A DNA stretch of 64,000 bases from Coleofasciculus sp. B1-GNL1-01 (GCA_040220235.1 JAVJTO010000132.1); one strand, 5' to 3'; shown: positions 39,380 through 50,493, counted from the stretch's first letter. Translations and numbers: made by a program. Notes: generated by a model from the letters alone, not told the origin.

Positions 39380-40384
39380 TTAGGGTTGATTTGTGGGCAG
39401 GTTTCGTTGCCTATATACACTATTGCGGATGAAATCATTAAGCATATAGGGTGGATCTTTGTCCGGTTTCCGTTGAATGATGCGGCGCATACGCCATAAG
39501 GAAAAACCAACGATCCAGAGAGTATCGGCTAATAGGGTGTAAGGTAATCCATAGTTTTTGATAAAGAATCGTCGCCTAGAATTGAACCAGTACTGAGGGC
39601 GGCGCTTGGCTGGGCGTTTGGTGTCAGTCACTCCCGTGCTTTGTCCAACGATATGAACAATTCGACTATCCGGGACATACCAACAACTCCAGCCTGCTCG
39701 TTTTGCCTGTAGGCAAAAGTCGCCATCTTCATAATACAAGAAATATCCTTCATCTAGTAAGCCAACCTGCTCAAATACCTCCCGGCGCACAATCATGCTG
39801 GCTCCTGCTACCCAGTCGGTTGGGCAAGGTTCTTCGGGGATGGGGGGCCAAACCACCCATTTTTCCAGAATTTTCGAGGCGATGCCCAATCGTAAGCCTC
39901 TGTCTAATTCGCTCAGTGCTGTATGAAAGCGGAAAGCAGAACATTGGGGAGTGCCATCGGGTTCTTCGAGGCGACTACCGGCAATCCCCACGTCCGGATG
40001 TTCGTTCATAAAGTCTACTAGGATTTTTAGGGCATTGGGGCGAACAATGGTGTCTGGATTGAGTAAGAGAACGTAGGTCGGGGGATTGGTCGATTCTAGT
40101 GCTGGACGGATTGCCGCATTGTTGCCGAAGGCACAGCCGCCGTTGTGGTTTAAGGGGAGTAATGATGCCCATTTTCCCCAGCCTTCGGTTTCTATGGCAG
40201 CGGCAATTTGTTCGACGGAGCCATCGCCAGAGGCATTGTCGGAAACGACGACGCGAGTGCCAGGTAGGGATTGGACTTCTATTTCTAAGGAGCGCAGGCA
40301 GTCGATTGTTAGGCTGGGGGTGCGGTAGTTAAGGATGACTACGAGTAGAGGATAGGAAGGATTGGGTTGAGCTGCATTTGACAT
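39380..40384 (-). CDS. GT2 glycosyltransferase (rhamnosyltransferase-like)
   Basis: ILNYRT, DNASGDGS, LLNPDT, WVAGASM, FLYYED. Confidence 0.9.
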   Translation of the reverse strand: MSNAAQPNPSYPLLVVILNYRTPSLTIDCLRSLEIEVQSLPGTRVVVSDNASGDGSVEQIAAAIETEGWGKWASLLPLNHNGGCAFGNNAAIRPALESTNPPTYVLLLNPDTIVRPNALKILVDFMNEHPDVGIAGSRLEEPDGTPQCSAFRFHTALSELDRGLRLGIASKILEKWVVWPPIPEEPCPTDWVAGASMIVRREVFEQVGLLDEGYFLYYEDGDFCLQAKRAGWSCWYVPDSRIVHIVGQSTGVTDTKRPAKRRPQYWFNSRRRFFIKNYGLPYTLLADTLWIVGFSLWRMRRIIQRKPDKDPPYMLNDFIRNSVYRQRNLPTNQP

Positions 40385-40638
40385 TTTGGGTATAAATTAA
40401 GTAAGAGTGCCAAGCATAAGCAGAAGTTTTGGGTGGTTTCGACTGTAGTGTGTTTCAATCATTCACATAGTTACGAAGTCTTGCTGGCTGGCTAAAGGTT
40501 TAAGCAACTCATTTAGGCTAGCTACATTTCTCTTAGCAATCATAACTGAAATCGGTAAGCTTTATTCTAATTAACTGGCTCGTGCGTGCGTTGATTGCTC
40601 AACCGGAAATAATCCCCAATGTATTCATCTTAGCGCCA

Positions 40639-41622
40639 CTAATCTTCCCACCAATTTGACATGAAGCTGCCAGCTAAAATGCGCTTGGTCAACTCAATTT
40701 TCTCTGGCTCTAACTTCTTAGACCACGCCGTGGCGATCACCTGGGAACTTGATGCACTTTTAGCGATCTCCGCTTCGATGTCCTTTGTCCAGGGTAGATG
40801 GCATTTATCATAAACATGCTTCGCCACATCAATAGGATTGGCAACCAAGTCCTCATATACAAGCTGCACATAATTGGCACGTCCCTCACCCGCCGTGTGA
40901 ATCGTTTCGCTAGCATAGCGCCAATACCACAACTCCGATTCTTCTTCAGACATCGCCTCTATCTCGCCAAACCGTTCAGCCCACTCCGGTTCATATTTAA
41001 CAATCTGCCTGAGACGTTCCTGGTTATCCTGCTTAATCACAGTTATATCCTGATCTGCCCAATAGCGACGACTCATCGAATTCAAAAACCCTCCTGGGTG
41101 TCGCACAATATGAATCACCAGCACATTGGGACGGTTGAGGAGTACCCACTCTGCCCATGCTGGAGCCATATTCAGCTTTAAAACCGTAGACGCTTGCTTA
41201 AGGGCATCGGGGTGAACAAACCACCTCGGCACGGGCCAGTCAGGTTGCCTGAGGCTAGGCATGATTGGGGAAAAGAGTTGGCGAAGTCGGCGCTTGCCCA
41301 ATACTATAGTTCCTAACTGACGGACTGGCTGATTAATATAAAATTTAGGATAAGTTCCTATGCGATCGCGATCACCCATTCTCAATGCAACTGATGCAAC
41401 AGCTTTGTCCCATTGTCCTCCAAAATCATCACCTAGAGGTTGTCGAACAATGGGTGATGGGAGTTGAGCCAGAGGAGAGGTTTTTAACTTATTGGCTTCA
41501 TTGCGACAATAAGTCTGAGGGCTAAGGTCGAGGAGATCAAGCAACCAGTTGGTTCCAGAGCGTCCCTGCCCGAAAATTAAGATATAGTCTGGTTTATCTG
41601 CGCCCATATTTGTTGTTATCAC
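40639..41622 (-). CDS. Sulfotransferase
   Basis: IFGQGRSGTNW, IVRHPGGFLNS, YEDLVANP. Confidence 0.8.
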   Translation of the reverse strand: MITTNMGADKPDYILIFGQGRSGTNWLLDLLDLSPQTYCRNEANKLKTSPLAQLPSPIVRQPLGDDFGGQWDKAVASVALRMGDRDRIGTYPKFYINQPVRQLGTIVLGKRRLRQLFSPIMPSLRQPDWPVPRWFVHPDALKQASTVLKLNMAPAWAEWVLLNRPNVLVIHIVRHPGGFLNSMSRRYWADQDITVIKQDNQERLRQIVKYEPEWAERFGEIEAMSEEESELWYWRYASETIHTAGEGRANYVQLVYEDLVANPIDVAKHVYDKCHLPWTKDIEAEIAKSASSSQVIATAWSKKLEPEKIELTKRILAGSFMSNWWED

Positions 41623-41663
41623 TCAAGTGTTGCTTAAGTAAATTAATCATTCAGATATTGTCT

Positions 41664-43052
41664 CTATCGTACCAGATACGCCTTAGATACTGAGGGACGA
41701 CTGCCTCTTAGTTTTTGTGTTTCTGGCTGATTTAATAAAAACCCGGCTAACCCTCCACATAAAAGCATATAAATTGGGTTTTCTATGGCATTAAGCAGAC
41801 AATCAAACATATATAACGTTAGGATCAAGGCTGCTATAGCCGCAGGAGCGACTTTAGGATTAAACCAGGTTTGGGGAGGATATCGACCCAAGCAAAACCT
41901 GACCACCGGAAGTAGCATCGCCACGTATACACTCAGTAAGCCCACAATACCCCGGATGCCAAAAGCTTGCATCCACAGACTGTCGGTCAATGATGTATTT
42001 ATTTCTTCTCCATACCTGTTATATTCATAAATGCGATTTCGTCCCCATCCTCCCCATCCAAAAATTATCCGCTGCCGTGCTTTGTCCCCTAATTCTTCTT
42101 CATTATCAAATCTTATTTGTAAGGAAGCAGCTCGTTCTTCATTCGTTACCTGAGCCATAAATGAAACCATCTGATCAGCCCTTTCACCCGTAAATGTCCC
42201 ACTCACCCCCATACCTAAATAGAAGAACATCGCTCCAATCACCAGCAATAGAGGTAAAGAGGTCTGAAACCAGCGAATAGTAAATAGAATAACAATTCCA
42301 ATTCCCAGTAACAGCCATGCACCTGTAGATTTGATCAGTATAAATGTAATCAGCAAGACTGGCATCAGCAAACCCATGGGAATCCCCCACACTTGCTTAA
42401 GTCCCCTAGCTTGCCACAGCCAAATGCCAGCCAGTGTCGCTGCCATCATCCACATACCCACTTCAAGACCATGTTGCATGAAAACTTGTGGTCTAAATCC
42501 CCCATAACGCATCGTTTGAAGAAACATGTGAGGAAAGAAACCGTAAACCATGCGGTGTAGCTGCGGACTCATGCGGATTTCATACAGACAAAAAGGAACA
42601 TAGACTAAACCGCCAATAAAAATACCAATCACTAATAAGCGCAACCCCCGCCAATTATTGAAGTAGATGCGACCGAGAAAATAAGGGACACCCCAAAGCA
42701 GCGTTTGACTAAGAACTGATGACATGCCATCGTAGACTCCTAGGTTGTTACTGATTGATGAAGCCAAGGGACACAGACACCAGATTAGCATGGGCAAATC
42801 TAGCCAACTTAATTTAAATGAACTGAAACGTCCGACATCAAAAATAAACGTAGCGAGTAAAACGCAGTAAACAGTTGCTGATACTCGCGTATAGTCAGGA
42901 AGACCTGGAAACGAAAAAGCCGTTTTTTGGGGAAGGAATAGCCAGGCGACAATGAAGCTAATTACCACTGCCTTTGGGGGCGGAAACCGAGTAAATATGT
43001 ATAATACTAGGGGGATCAAGGCAAGCATCGCCAGTTGAGCTTGAGGGGTCAT
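41664..43052 (-). CDS. O-antigen ligase / Wzy polymerase-like membrane protein
   Basis: About 11 TMs, YEIRMSPQLH, R.GGFRP.VF..H, FGWGGWGR, DSLW. Confidence 0.75.
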   Translation of the reverse strand: MTPQAQLAMLALIPLVLYIFTRFPPPKAVVISFIVAWLFLPQKTAFSFPGLPDYTRVSATVYCVLLATFIFDVGRFSSFKLSWLDLPMLIWCLCPLASSISNNLGVYDGMSSVLSQTLLWGVPYFLGRIYFNNWRGLRLLVIGIFIGGLVYVPFCLYEIRMSPQLHRMVYGFFPHMFLQTMRYGGFRPQVFMQHGLEVGMWMMAATLAGIWLWQARGLKQVWGIPMGLLMPVLLITFILIKSTGAWLLLGIGIVILFTIRWFQTSLPLLLVIGAMFFYLGMGVSGTFTGERADQMVSFMAQVTNEERAASLQIRFDNEEELGDKARQRIIFGWGGWGRNRIYEYNRYGEEINTSLTDSLWMQAFGIRGIVGLLSVYVAMLLPVVRFCLGRYPPQTWFNPKVAPAAIAALILTLYMFDCLLNAIENPIYMLLCGGLAGFLLNQPETQKLRGSRPSVSKAYLVR

Positions 43053-43084
43053 GGGCTTTGTTTTACAGAGTCACTGTTTAATTA

Positions 43085-43298
43085 GGGCTTGCTGCATAAG
43101 CGTGTAAGGTAGACCAGATAAGGGTTTCCAGCCATTTTTCGATCCAACAAGTGCAAGGTTTTTACACTATAACAGTCTTGCATCCTGGAATTTTCGCCGA
43201 CAACAGCACTAAATTTTACCTCGACAGAGGGTTAAAACCATTGCCCATTGCCTATTCCCTATTGCCTCTCCCCACCACAAAACTTATTCAGCAGCCCC
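43085..43298 (-). mobile_element. 214-bp MITE, copy 2 (6-bp TSD TAATTA)
   Basis: TIRs GGGCTTGCTGCATAAG / CTTATTCAGCAGCCCC; TAATTA on both sides; inverted homolog of 14843-15056. Confidence 0.85.
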
Positions 43299-43322
43299 TA
43301 ATTAGACCATCTATCTATATAG

Positions 43323-44363
43323 TTATATAGTGGGCTGCCCATTCGGTTTTTCAGCAATAACGCGAACACAATCATACTTCTGTTCATTGGCAGCGAAAGC
43401 ACTTTGAAGTAGTAGAAGCCAACTCTTTAAGTTGAAGTTTTTGACTTGGGGGGATTCGTTATTTTCCTCCAGAGAACACAATATTTCAGCTATCTTTTGT
43501 TCTATACAGATATGATGTTTTGTAAATTGTCGGCAGTAACCATAGAACTCAGTAGCGCATAGTTTAAGCTCTAACTGTTCACAGAGCTTATGTAAACTAT
43601 ATTTTGTAAAAAAGTTTAAATGTCTTGGTACATCCAGATGAAACCACGCGATTCCCCAAAATTTGAATTCCAAGGCTGAATTATTGGGAACTTCAATTAC
43701 TAACTTACCACCTGGAGCCAATAGCTTAATGGCATTAGAGACTGCCTTAACCGGATCTACAGTGTGTTCGAGGGCATGTTTAATAATCACTAGCTCATAG
43801 TGTCTCAAACTAATTTCCGGTGGTAGAGACTCCGCTGTACCAGCAAACACTTGAAGACCCCGTTCTTCGACCGCTATAAATCGGGCTTGCGGATCAGGTT
43901 CAACTCCATAGACGGTATGCCCCCACTCTCGCAATTTTTCCAGCAGCTTGCCATTACCGCAACCGATTTCGCAAATAAACCGAGAAGTCGAACCAAAGTG
44001 AGAGTGAAACCAGTCATGAGGCCATCCGTTAATCCCATCATCAAAACGCCAAGCCAGTTGAGTTCGTAATCTTTCTAGGAAAGAAACCGATGACACAGAG
44101 TCCGACGATCGGGGATTGACTCCATGAGTATAATATTCATCAACGTTATAAAAACTGGTAATTTCACTCGGATCTGGAACCGGGTATACTCGTCCAAACT
44201 GTGACGCTTGACACCAATACAATTGGAATGGCTTGCTTACGGTAGGGCGTCTCCAATCACCCGGAACAAAAAGCCACGGTTTCATCTCAGCTCCAGAGAT
44301 TGGGCAAACGGGGCTAGCTGTTAAGCCACTCTGATCAATCATTCCATTCCTCTTGCTCATCAT
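43323..44363 (-). CDS. Class I SAM-dependent methyltransferase
   Basis: CEIGCGNG, GVEPD, HALEH, IEVPN, DVPRHLNFF. Confidence 0.85.
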   Translation of the reverse strand: MMSKRNGMIDQSGLTASPVCPISGAEMKPWLFVPGDWRRPTVSKPFQLYWCQASQFGRVYPVPDPSEITSFYNVDEYYTHGVNPRSSDSVSSVSFLERLRTQLAWRFDDGINGWPHDWFHSHFGSTSRFICEIGCGNGKLLEKLREWGHTVYGVEPDPQARFIAVEERGLQVFAGTAESLPPEISLRHYELVIIKHALEHTVDPVKAVSNAIKLLAPGGKLVIEVPNNSALEFKFWGIAWFHLDVPRHLNFFTKYSLHKLCEQLELKLCATEFYGYCRQFTKHHICIEQKIAEILCSLEENNESPQVKNFNLKSWLLLLQSAFAANEQKYDCVRVIAEKPNGQPTI

Positions 44364-44386
44364 ATCGACTATATTTTCCTAAGAAG

Positions 44387-46192
44387 TTAACTGTCCAAAA
44401 CTACTTCCTGATAACTCCCCGACTTCACTACTCGTCCCTTCTCCAACATATAAACCCGATCGCAGTTCTCAACCGTAGATAGGCGATGAGCGATCACAAT
44501 CAGGGTTTTCGTCCCCGCCAGAGCGTTAATCGCCGCTGTCACCCGACTCTCTGTCTCATTATCCAATGCCGCCGTCGCTTCGTCCAGTACCAAAATTTCC
44601 CGTTCATGATAAATCGCCCTCGCAATCCCTATCCGTTGGCGTTGTCCCCCGGATAAACGTACCCCCCGTTCACCTACCCCTGTCTTTATCCCATCGGGCA
44701 ATTGCTCAATCAATTCCTCAAGCTGCGCGGCTGCGATCGCTTTGTGCAATCGTTCCTCATCAATCTGCTCATCAGGAACACCAAAGGCAATATTCCGTTC
44801 GATTGTATCATCGGTCAAAAAAATCGATTGGGGAATATACCCGACAAGGTTTTGCCAAGAGCGCAGATTATCATAGATGGATACACCATCGACTTTAATA
44901 TCTCCACTCTCTAGCTCCAACAGCCCTAGTATCACATCCACTAAAGTCGTCTTTCCCGCTCCCGATTTGCCAATTAAGGCAATCGATTCCCCTTTCTTAA
45001 TCTTAAACGAAATCTGGTCAAGAGACAGTTCGGAAGCCTCCGGATAACGATAGGTTACATTAATCAGCTCAATTTGATTGGCAAAGCTAAGCGCTTGATT
45101 TGCTTTATTTTTCCCATGAGCTGAGCCATTTACCCTTGCATCTGGCAGTATTTCTAGACGATTGTGAATTTTTTGTTTCTCTATTTCCTTGAGATCTAAG
45201 TAGAGCATATTCAGCGCATAGTTAGAGGTTCGCATTTTTGCCATGGACTGAACAAATTGACTTGATGCTGGGATTAAGCGTACTGACGCCACAGCAAAAA
45301 CACCCATCACAGCGGTCAAATCTTGTCCATTTTCCGTGAAGAAAACATGAAACAGAGAGACAAATAGAACCACAAATACAATTAAACTTGTCTTAATAAA
45401 AATGTTCGGTAATAGATTTGATGCTTGTGATAAAGTAGCAGCTCTAGCATATTTTTGAGCTTGTTGGTCTATTTGATTTTCAAAATAGGATTCACAGCCA
45501 ATCAACCGTGTCTCTTTTAATCCACCTAGGCCGTGGTTAATCGTACTAATCATTTCTTTTTGAGTTTGCGATTGGATTCTACCCCATCGCTTAAATCTAT
45601 GCCCAAATTTACTAAATAACAAAAATGTGGGTACCAAAACAACCAAAACCATGACCAAGAGCAGGGAATTGCTATATGCCATTAATCCTGTTAAAACCCC
45701 GATCACAATTCCATTGGTCACAAATATGAGTAACGCGAGCAAACATTGATTGGTAAACATATTTGTCTCGGTAATAATATTTCTAATAATACTGGCTGTA
45801 TTTTGATTTAAGTGAAATGTATAAGGTGCTTTTAAATATGCCTTGAGTAACCGAGATATCAAGATTGATTTTTGCTTATGGGTGTATCGATATATATATG
45901 TTTGAGACAGAAAATAAAGCAACGCTTGAATACAGAAAATGGCAATAATTATAAATCCGACGATGGGGATAAATTGCTGAGGGGATTCCAATCCTGACTT
46001 TCGATAAGCCCAGTCGAGTACAGTAATACTTTGAATCGATTCTGGGTTGGACGCTAGGCTGATGAATGGTCCGACTAAGCCAATGCCAAAGGCTTCTAGA
46101 ATTGAGGTAAAGATAAATATTAGTAAGAGGAAGATAAGACTTTTGCGACTTCCCGTTAAAACGTATAAAACTTTGGAAAGATAGTCAATCAT
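44387..46192 (-). CDS. ABC exporter, fused permease/ATPase (HepA/MsbA-like)
   Basis: TMD plus GKSGAGKT, LSGGQRQR, VLDEAT, IAHRL. Confidence 0.92.
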   Translation of the reverse strand: MIDYLSKVLYVLTGSRKSLIFLLLIFIFTSILEAFGIGLVGPFISLASNPESIQSITVLDWAYRKSGLESPQQFIPIVGFIIIAIFCIQALLYFLSQTYIYRYTHKQKSILISRLLKAYLKAPYTFHLNQNTASIIRNIITETNMFTNQCLLALLIFVTNGIVIGVLTGLMAYSNSLLLVMVLVVLVPTFLLFSKFGHRFKRWGRIQSQTQKEMISTINHGLGGLKETRLIGCESYFENQIDQQAQKYARAATLSQASNLLPNIFIKTSLIVFVVLFVSLFHVFFTENGQDLTAVMGVFAVASVRLIPASSQFVQSMAKMRTSNYALNMLYLDLKEIEKQKIHNRLEILPDARVNGSAHGKNKANQALSFANQIELINVTYRYPEASELSLDQISFKIKKGESIALIGKSGAGKTTLVDVILGLLELESGDIKVDGVSIYDNLRSWQNLVGYIPQSIFLTDDTIERNIAFGVPDEQIDEERLHKAIAAAQLEELIEQLPDGIKTGVGERGVRLSGGQRQRIGIARAIYHEREILVLDEATAALDNETESRVTAAINALAGTKTLIVIAHRLSTVENCDRVYMLEKGRVVKSGSYQEVVLDS

Positions 46193-46267
46193 CTGGATAA
46201 GTAGTTTGTTTGAGTTTTAGAGTTTATTGCCCTGAACCGCCAGCTAAGGGGAAGGGCACACGTCTGT

Positions 46268-46542
46268 CATGCGTGTCAACTTAAGCGCCAAAAGCTCGAC
46301 TGGCAATCTTTTAACCCTTATCCCCTAACCCCAACTCCCACCCCCCTCGTTCCCCCCTACGAGGAGGGGGGATGACAGCGGATATTTCGCTTTTGTTTCA
46401 AGGGAGAAGGGGAAACCTCCAATAAAGACGCTTCCAAAACACACTTGGAAGATGATTTCCATAGCGCTTCCTTCTTGCTCCCCTCTCCCCTGGTGGGAGA
46501 GGGGCTGGGGGTGAGGGGGTTGAGTTTAAGTTGACACCAATG
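46268..46542 (-). mobile_element. MITE related to 29168-29469, inverted, in a REP remnant
   Basis: TIRs CATGCGTGTCAACTTAAG / TTTAAGTTGACACCAATG; degenerate TSD ACGTCTGT/ACCTCTAT; same internal hairpin modules. Confidence 0.8.
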
Positions 46543-46792
46543 ACCTCTATGCGCCCCTACGGACGACCTTTTTTGATAAACGGGATTTTCTTTGATCGGC
46601 AATACACATAGAATGCTGAAAGTGGGTTTGGTTATGACCACAGTGTTGGTTTTATAATAAAAGGCTATAGCTAAATTCACTTACACTCGGGTACGGTAGC
46701 CAATTTATCCTGTACTCTCCTAATTTTAGAGGATAAATAGCTCAACTGTTAACCTTGCCTGGGAAACACTTTTTGTCACAGAGGGTTGAGCA

Positions 46793-47070
46793 GAGGGCGA
46801 CCCGAACCCATTAAGTAGCTAGAGTTGTTAATTGGTGCAAGCGGGTCGCCCCTACCTGTCACGGTCACGGGATGTGGTGCAACGAAGGAAGGTAAGTTTT
46901 GACCCTTAGCTTCCCTCGATGACATGGCGTCTCTGGTGTGTAGGGGCGGGTTTCACGACTATCTTTTCGGTTCCACCCAGATGTGATTAAACCCGCCCCG
47001 ACTCAGGGTTCTAGACTTGGTGAAACCCGCGCAGGCGGGTTTAGTTTGTGTAGCTGCGGTTTCAACCGCC
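46793..47070. repeat. Cluster of REP-like elements
   Basis: GGGCGACCCG..CGGGTCGCCC, GTAGGGGCGGGTTT..AAACCCGCCCC (homolog 58268-58326), AAACCCGCGCAGGCGGGTTT two-hairpin unit. Confidence 0.75.
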
Positions 47071-47082
47071 CAGCCAACGTTA

Positions 47083-48156
47083 TCAAACTAATTCAATTTG
47101 TGAATCATCTCCAATCATAAACCGCAACGCCTTGGGACGCCGTGGGGCTACACTCAACTTTGCCCGTTGTCCAATCACACTATCTACAATCCGCTGCTGT
47201 ACCCCAATCACCTTCGCCCCCTGTAAAATCACACTATGCTCTAAATCAGTATCAACCAGGGTAACCTGGTCAGCTACACTACTGTAAGGACCAATAAAAC
47301 AATTTTCCAGATGGCAATTGCTGCCAATCGTCACTGGTCCACGAATGGTACAGTTAACTACCTGGGAACCTTGACCAATCTTAACCCGCCCAATCACCTG
47401 GCTAGTTTCATCAACCTCACCCTGAACAGAGGTTTCTAACAGGGTATCCAAAATCACCCGATTGGCTTCCAATAGGTCATCCTTTTTCCCTGTATCCAGC
47501 CACCAGCCTTTTAACTGGAAGGATTCCACCTGCTTGGGTTGGTCAATCAGATATTGAATCGCATCGGTAATTTCCAATTCCCCTCTCGCCGAAGGTTGAA
47601 TATTCGCGATCGCCTGGTGAACTGTGTTAGAAAATAGATAAATCCCCACCAGTGCCAGATTTGAGGGCGGAACTTTGGGCTTTTCCACCAACTGCAAGAC
47701 TCGCCCTTCCTCATCCACCTTTGCCACACCAAAGGCGGTGGGATTGGGAACGGAACACAGCAGGGTGAGGGCATCTAGATTTCGCTGTTGAAACCGTTCG
47801 ATAAATAGGCTCAAGTCACTTTGTACCAGGTTATCACCCAGATACATTAAAAAGGGTGCATCCCCTAGAAACGGTTGAGCAATCTTGACCGCATGGGCTA
47901 ATCCGGCTGGCTGATCTTGCAGGATATAAGTAATCTTAGCCCCAAAGCGATCGCCTGTTCCCGTTTTGGTCTTCACTTCTTCTCCGGTTTCTGGGCTGAT
48001 AATAATCCCAATATCGGTAATCCCAGCGGCGACGATCGCTTCAATTCCATACCACAAAATGGGTTTATTGGCAACAGGCACGAGTTGTTTTGCCCCAGTA
48101 TAGGTGAGGGGGCGTAGTCGCGTTCCTTTTCCGCCGGAAAGAATGAGTGCTTTCAT
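47083..48156 (-). CDS. rfbA: Glucose-1-phosphate thymidylyltransferase (long form)
   Basis: ILSGGKGTRLRP.T..GAKQL.PVANKP, YLGDN, EKP, SARGELEITD, WLDTG. Confidence 0.92.
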   Translation of the reverse strand: MKALILSGGKGTRLRPLTYTGAKQLVPVANKPILWYGIEAIVAAGITDIGIIISPETGEEVKTKTGTGDRFGAKITYILQDQPAGLAHAVKIAQPFLGDAPFLMYLGDNLVQSDLSLFIERFQQRNLDALTLLCSVPNPTAFGVAKVDEEGRVLQLVEKPKVPPSNLALVGIYLFSNTVHQAIANIQPSARGELEITDAIQYLIDQPKQVESFQLKGWWLDTGKKDDLLEANRVILDTLLETSVQGEVDETSQVIGRVKIGQGSQVVNCTIRGPVTIGSNCHLENCFIGPYSSVADQVTLVDTDLEHSVILQGAKVIGVQQRIVDSVIGQRAKLSVAPRRPKALRFMIGDDSQIELV

Positions 48157-48230
48157 TAGAACTTGTTGAGATTGGCTGGATTATCGCCGGGACATAAATG
48201 ATACTTTTGGTTAATTATCGGTGGAATCTG

Positions 48231-48420
48231 ACCCCTCCCAAAACCCCTCCCCGAACCTCTCCCTAGCCCTCTCCTACAAGGAGAGGGAAGCGGAATATAT
48301 TCTTTATTTGGAGGGGCTTTCATGCTCCCCCTTCCGTGCCACAAGAGCGAAGCATCCTTTGTCCTCCCCCCTCGCAGGGGGGAATGAGGGGGGTTGGGAA
48401 GGGGGCTGGGGGGTTAGGTT
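48231..48420. repeat. CCCTCTCC/GGAGAGGG hairpin repeat with nested module shared with the 29.2 and 46.3 kb MITEs
   Basis: ACAAGAGCGAAGCATCC...CTCGCAGGGGGG..GAGGGGGG module, no TIRs seen. Confidence 0.7.
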
Positions 48421-48574
48421 GGTTTTTCGACGAGAGCAAAGAGCATCATCAATCTCCACAACTTAAAGCCCAAGTGAGCGCAGTTTGTAGTCAGCGCTTG
48501 AGCGCGAAAGGCACTAAAGTGCCTACTACAAACGTACCATTTCCTCTAAGTTACTATATCCTCATAGTCTCAGT

Positions 48575-49609
48575 TCAAAGGGGTAGGTCAGACCAAAGAT
48601 CTTTCAACGGTGAATCGCGAATTACAGAAGCGATATCGGCTTGTTGTTCATCGGTAAGCTGGGTTTTCCACTTGGACATACTGGTGCGGGGATCGCGGTA
48701 GACACTAAAATATGCCTTAGATTGATCAGATAACTGGCGTTCACCAGTGGTTGATTCATTGATGAAGTCGCGAGTGGTTTGACCGAGTTCCCAGCCCACG
48801 AAGTTAAAGATTTCCGTAATTTTGCTCTGGGGATCATTACATAAATCTTCATAAACAACGACTAATCCCTGGTCATAGGAGCGAGTATACTCAACCAAGG
48901 GTTCAACTTGGATACGCCAGATTACAGCATCTAACTGCATATCTGACATTTCCTCCAAGCGATCGCGATACTCAGCCAGGAAATTCCCCCCAACGGCGTC
49001 AATTGATCGCCGCATTCCTTCTATTTTATCCGATTGGGAGCGCTGGCTAAACTGATTGAGTTGTTTACCTTTGAGCGTAGACGCAATTCTACCAAAGGGA
49101 TTACGGATCATCCCAATCAACTTAGGCTGTAGCACCTCACACAGGCGGGGTAAGAGGGGAGTAGGGAAATTCACATCCTTAATTAGGATAGGAGTCTCTG
49201 AAGTTAGTTTAGTATGACCATACCAGTGATAGAGAGGCTTCAGGGCTTCGACACGACTACCTAAACCATACAACAGGTGTAAGAGTTGGGGATTTTGCCA
49301 GCGAAAACTCTTGGCGGGAAATGGGGGTAAATCAACGTCATGGTCAAAATTAGAACACAGCGACGCAAAGCGACGACGTAATTCCTTAACGTCGCCCGAC
49401 TCTAAATCATTTTTCCACTCTCGGTAAAGGGGCGATCGCACAAAGGGTTCAAATTTATAACTACAATGTTCATAGCTATCCATCATCCGACCTAGCCACG
49501 TTGTCCCCGAACGCCCAGGACCGGTAATCAGAACATAGTTAAAGGGTGAGTCGTCCTTTGTCAACTGGGTTGTATTGCCACGACGGGTTGGATTAAGCTG
49601 ATCAGACAT
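48575..49609 (-). CDS. Sulfotransferase
   Basis: ITGPGRSGTTW, EPF, IRNPFG, YEDLCNDP, KWK; start overlaps rfbD stop (TAATG). Confidence 0.85.
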   Translation of the reverse strand: MSDQLNPTRRGNTTQLTKDDSPFNYVLITGPGRSGTTWLGRMMDSYEHCSYKFEPFVRSPLYREWKNDLESGDVKELRRRFASLCSNFDHDVDLPPFPAKSFRWQNPQLLHLLYGLGSRVEALKPLYHWYGHTKLTSETPILIKDVNFPTPLLPRLCEVLQPKLIGMIRNPFGRIASTLKGKQLNQFSQRSQSDKIEGMRRSIDAVGGNFLAEYRDRLEEMSDMQLDAVIWRIQVEPLVEYTRSYDQGLVVVYEDLCNDPQSKITEIFNFVGWELGQTTRDFINESTTGERQLSDQSKAYFSVYRDPRTSMSKWKTQLTDEQQADIASVIRDSPLKDLWSDLPL

Positions 49610-50493
49610 TATTGGTGAGCATAGAGTTGTTTGAGCATTTGCCGCAGTGCTGTGCGCCAATGGGGGGGATGAGTCCCTAAAACGGCGGATATCTTCTTGC
49701 TAGAGAGTACGGTATAAGCTGGACGGGGAGTGGGTATGGGATATTCTGAGGTATTAATCGGCACAACTTGCTCGACGTTTAAGGGAAAGCCCAGTTGTCG
49801 AGCTTCCTCAAATATAGCTACGGCAAAATCATACCAACTAATCGCACCACTATTGGTATAGTGATAGATACCCGTCACCGACTCTGAGTTGAGGTGTGGA
49901 ATTAACTGCGCGATCGCACGGGCTAATTCCCCTGTCCAGGTTGGCGCCCCCACTTGATCCACAACTACTCGCAGTTCTTCCCGTTGTGCGCCGACTCTTA
50001 ACATCGTCTTAACGAAGTTACCTTTACCGTGAACTCCATACACCCAAGCTGTTCTCATAATAACAGCGCGATCGCACGCCTGTTGTACTCCTGTTTCTCC
50101 TAAGAGCTTCGATTTCCCATAGGCGTTTAAGGGATTGGGTGTATCCGTTTCAGTATAAGGTGTATTTTTTCGCCCATCAAAGACATAATCGGTAGAAATA
50201 TGAATTAAACCTGATCCCAGCTCTTGGGCGGTTTCTGCCATAATTGTGGGAGCTGTGCCATTAATCGTATTTGCCAGTTCAGGTTCACTTTCGGCTTTGT
50301 CTACGGCTGTGTAAGCGGCGGCATTTACAATCAGATTAGGCTTAATCTCCCGAATAACCTGACGAATTTGATCCGGTTGTGTCAAATCCAACCCCTGGCG
50401 GTCAAAACCAATCACCTCTCCCAAGGGAGCTAGGGTGTGTTGGAGTTCACTCCCCAGTTGTCCAGCCATACCGATGAGTAAGATACGTGTCAT
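49609..50493 (-). CDS. rfbD: dTDP-4-dehydrorhamnose reductase
   Basis: G..GQLG, NAAAYTAVDKAE, ISTDYVFDG, YGKSK, DQVGAPT, RPAY. Confidence 0.95.
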   Translation of the reverse strand: MTRILLIGMAGQLGSELQHTLAPLGEVIGFDRQGLDLTQPDQIRQVIREIKPNLIVNAAAYTAVDKAESEPELANTINGTAPTIMAETAQELGSGLIHISTDYVFDGRKNTPYTETDTPNPLNAYGKSKLLGETGVQQACDRAVIMRTAWVYGVHGKGNFVKTMLRVGAQREELRVVVDQVGAPTWTGELARAIAQLIPHLNSESVTGIYHYTNSGAISWYDFAVAIFEEARQLGFPLNVEQVVPINTSEYPIPTPRPAYTVLSSKKISAVLGTHPPHWRTALRQMLKQLYAHQ

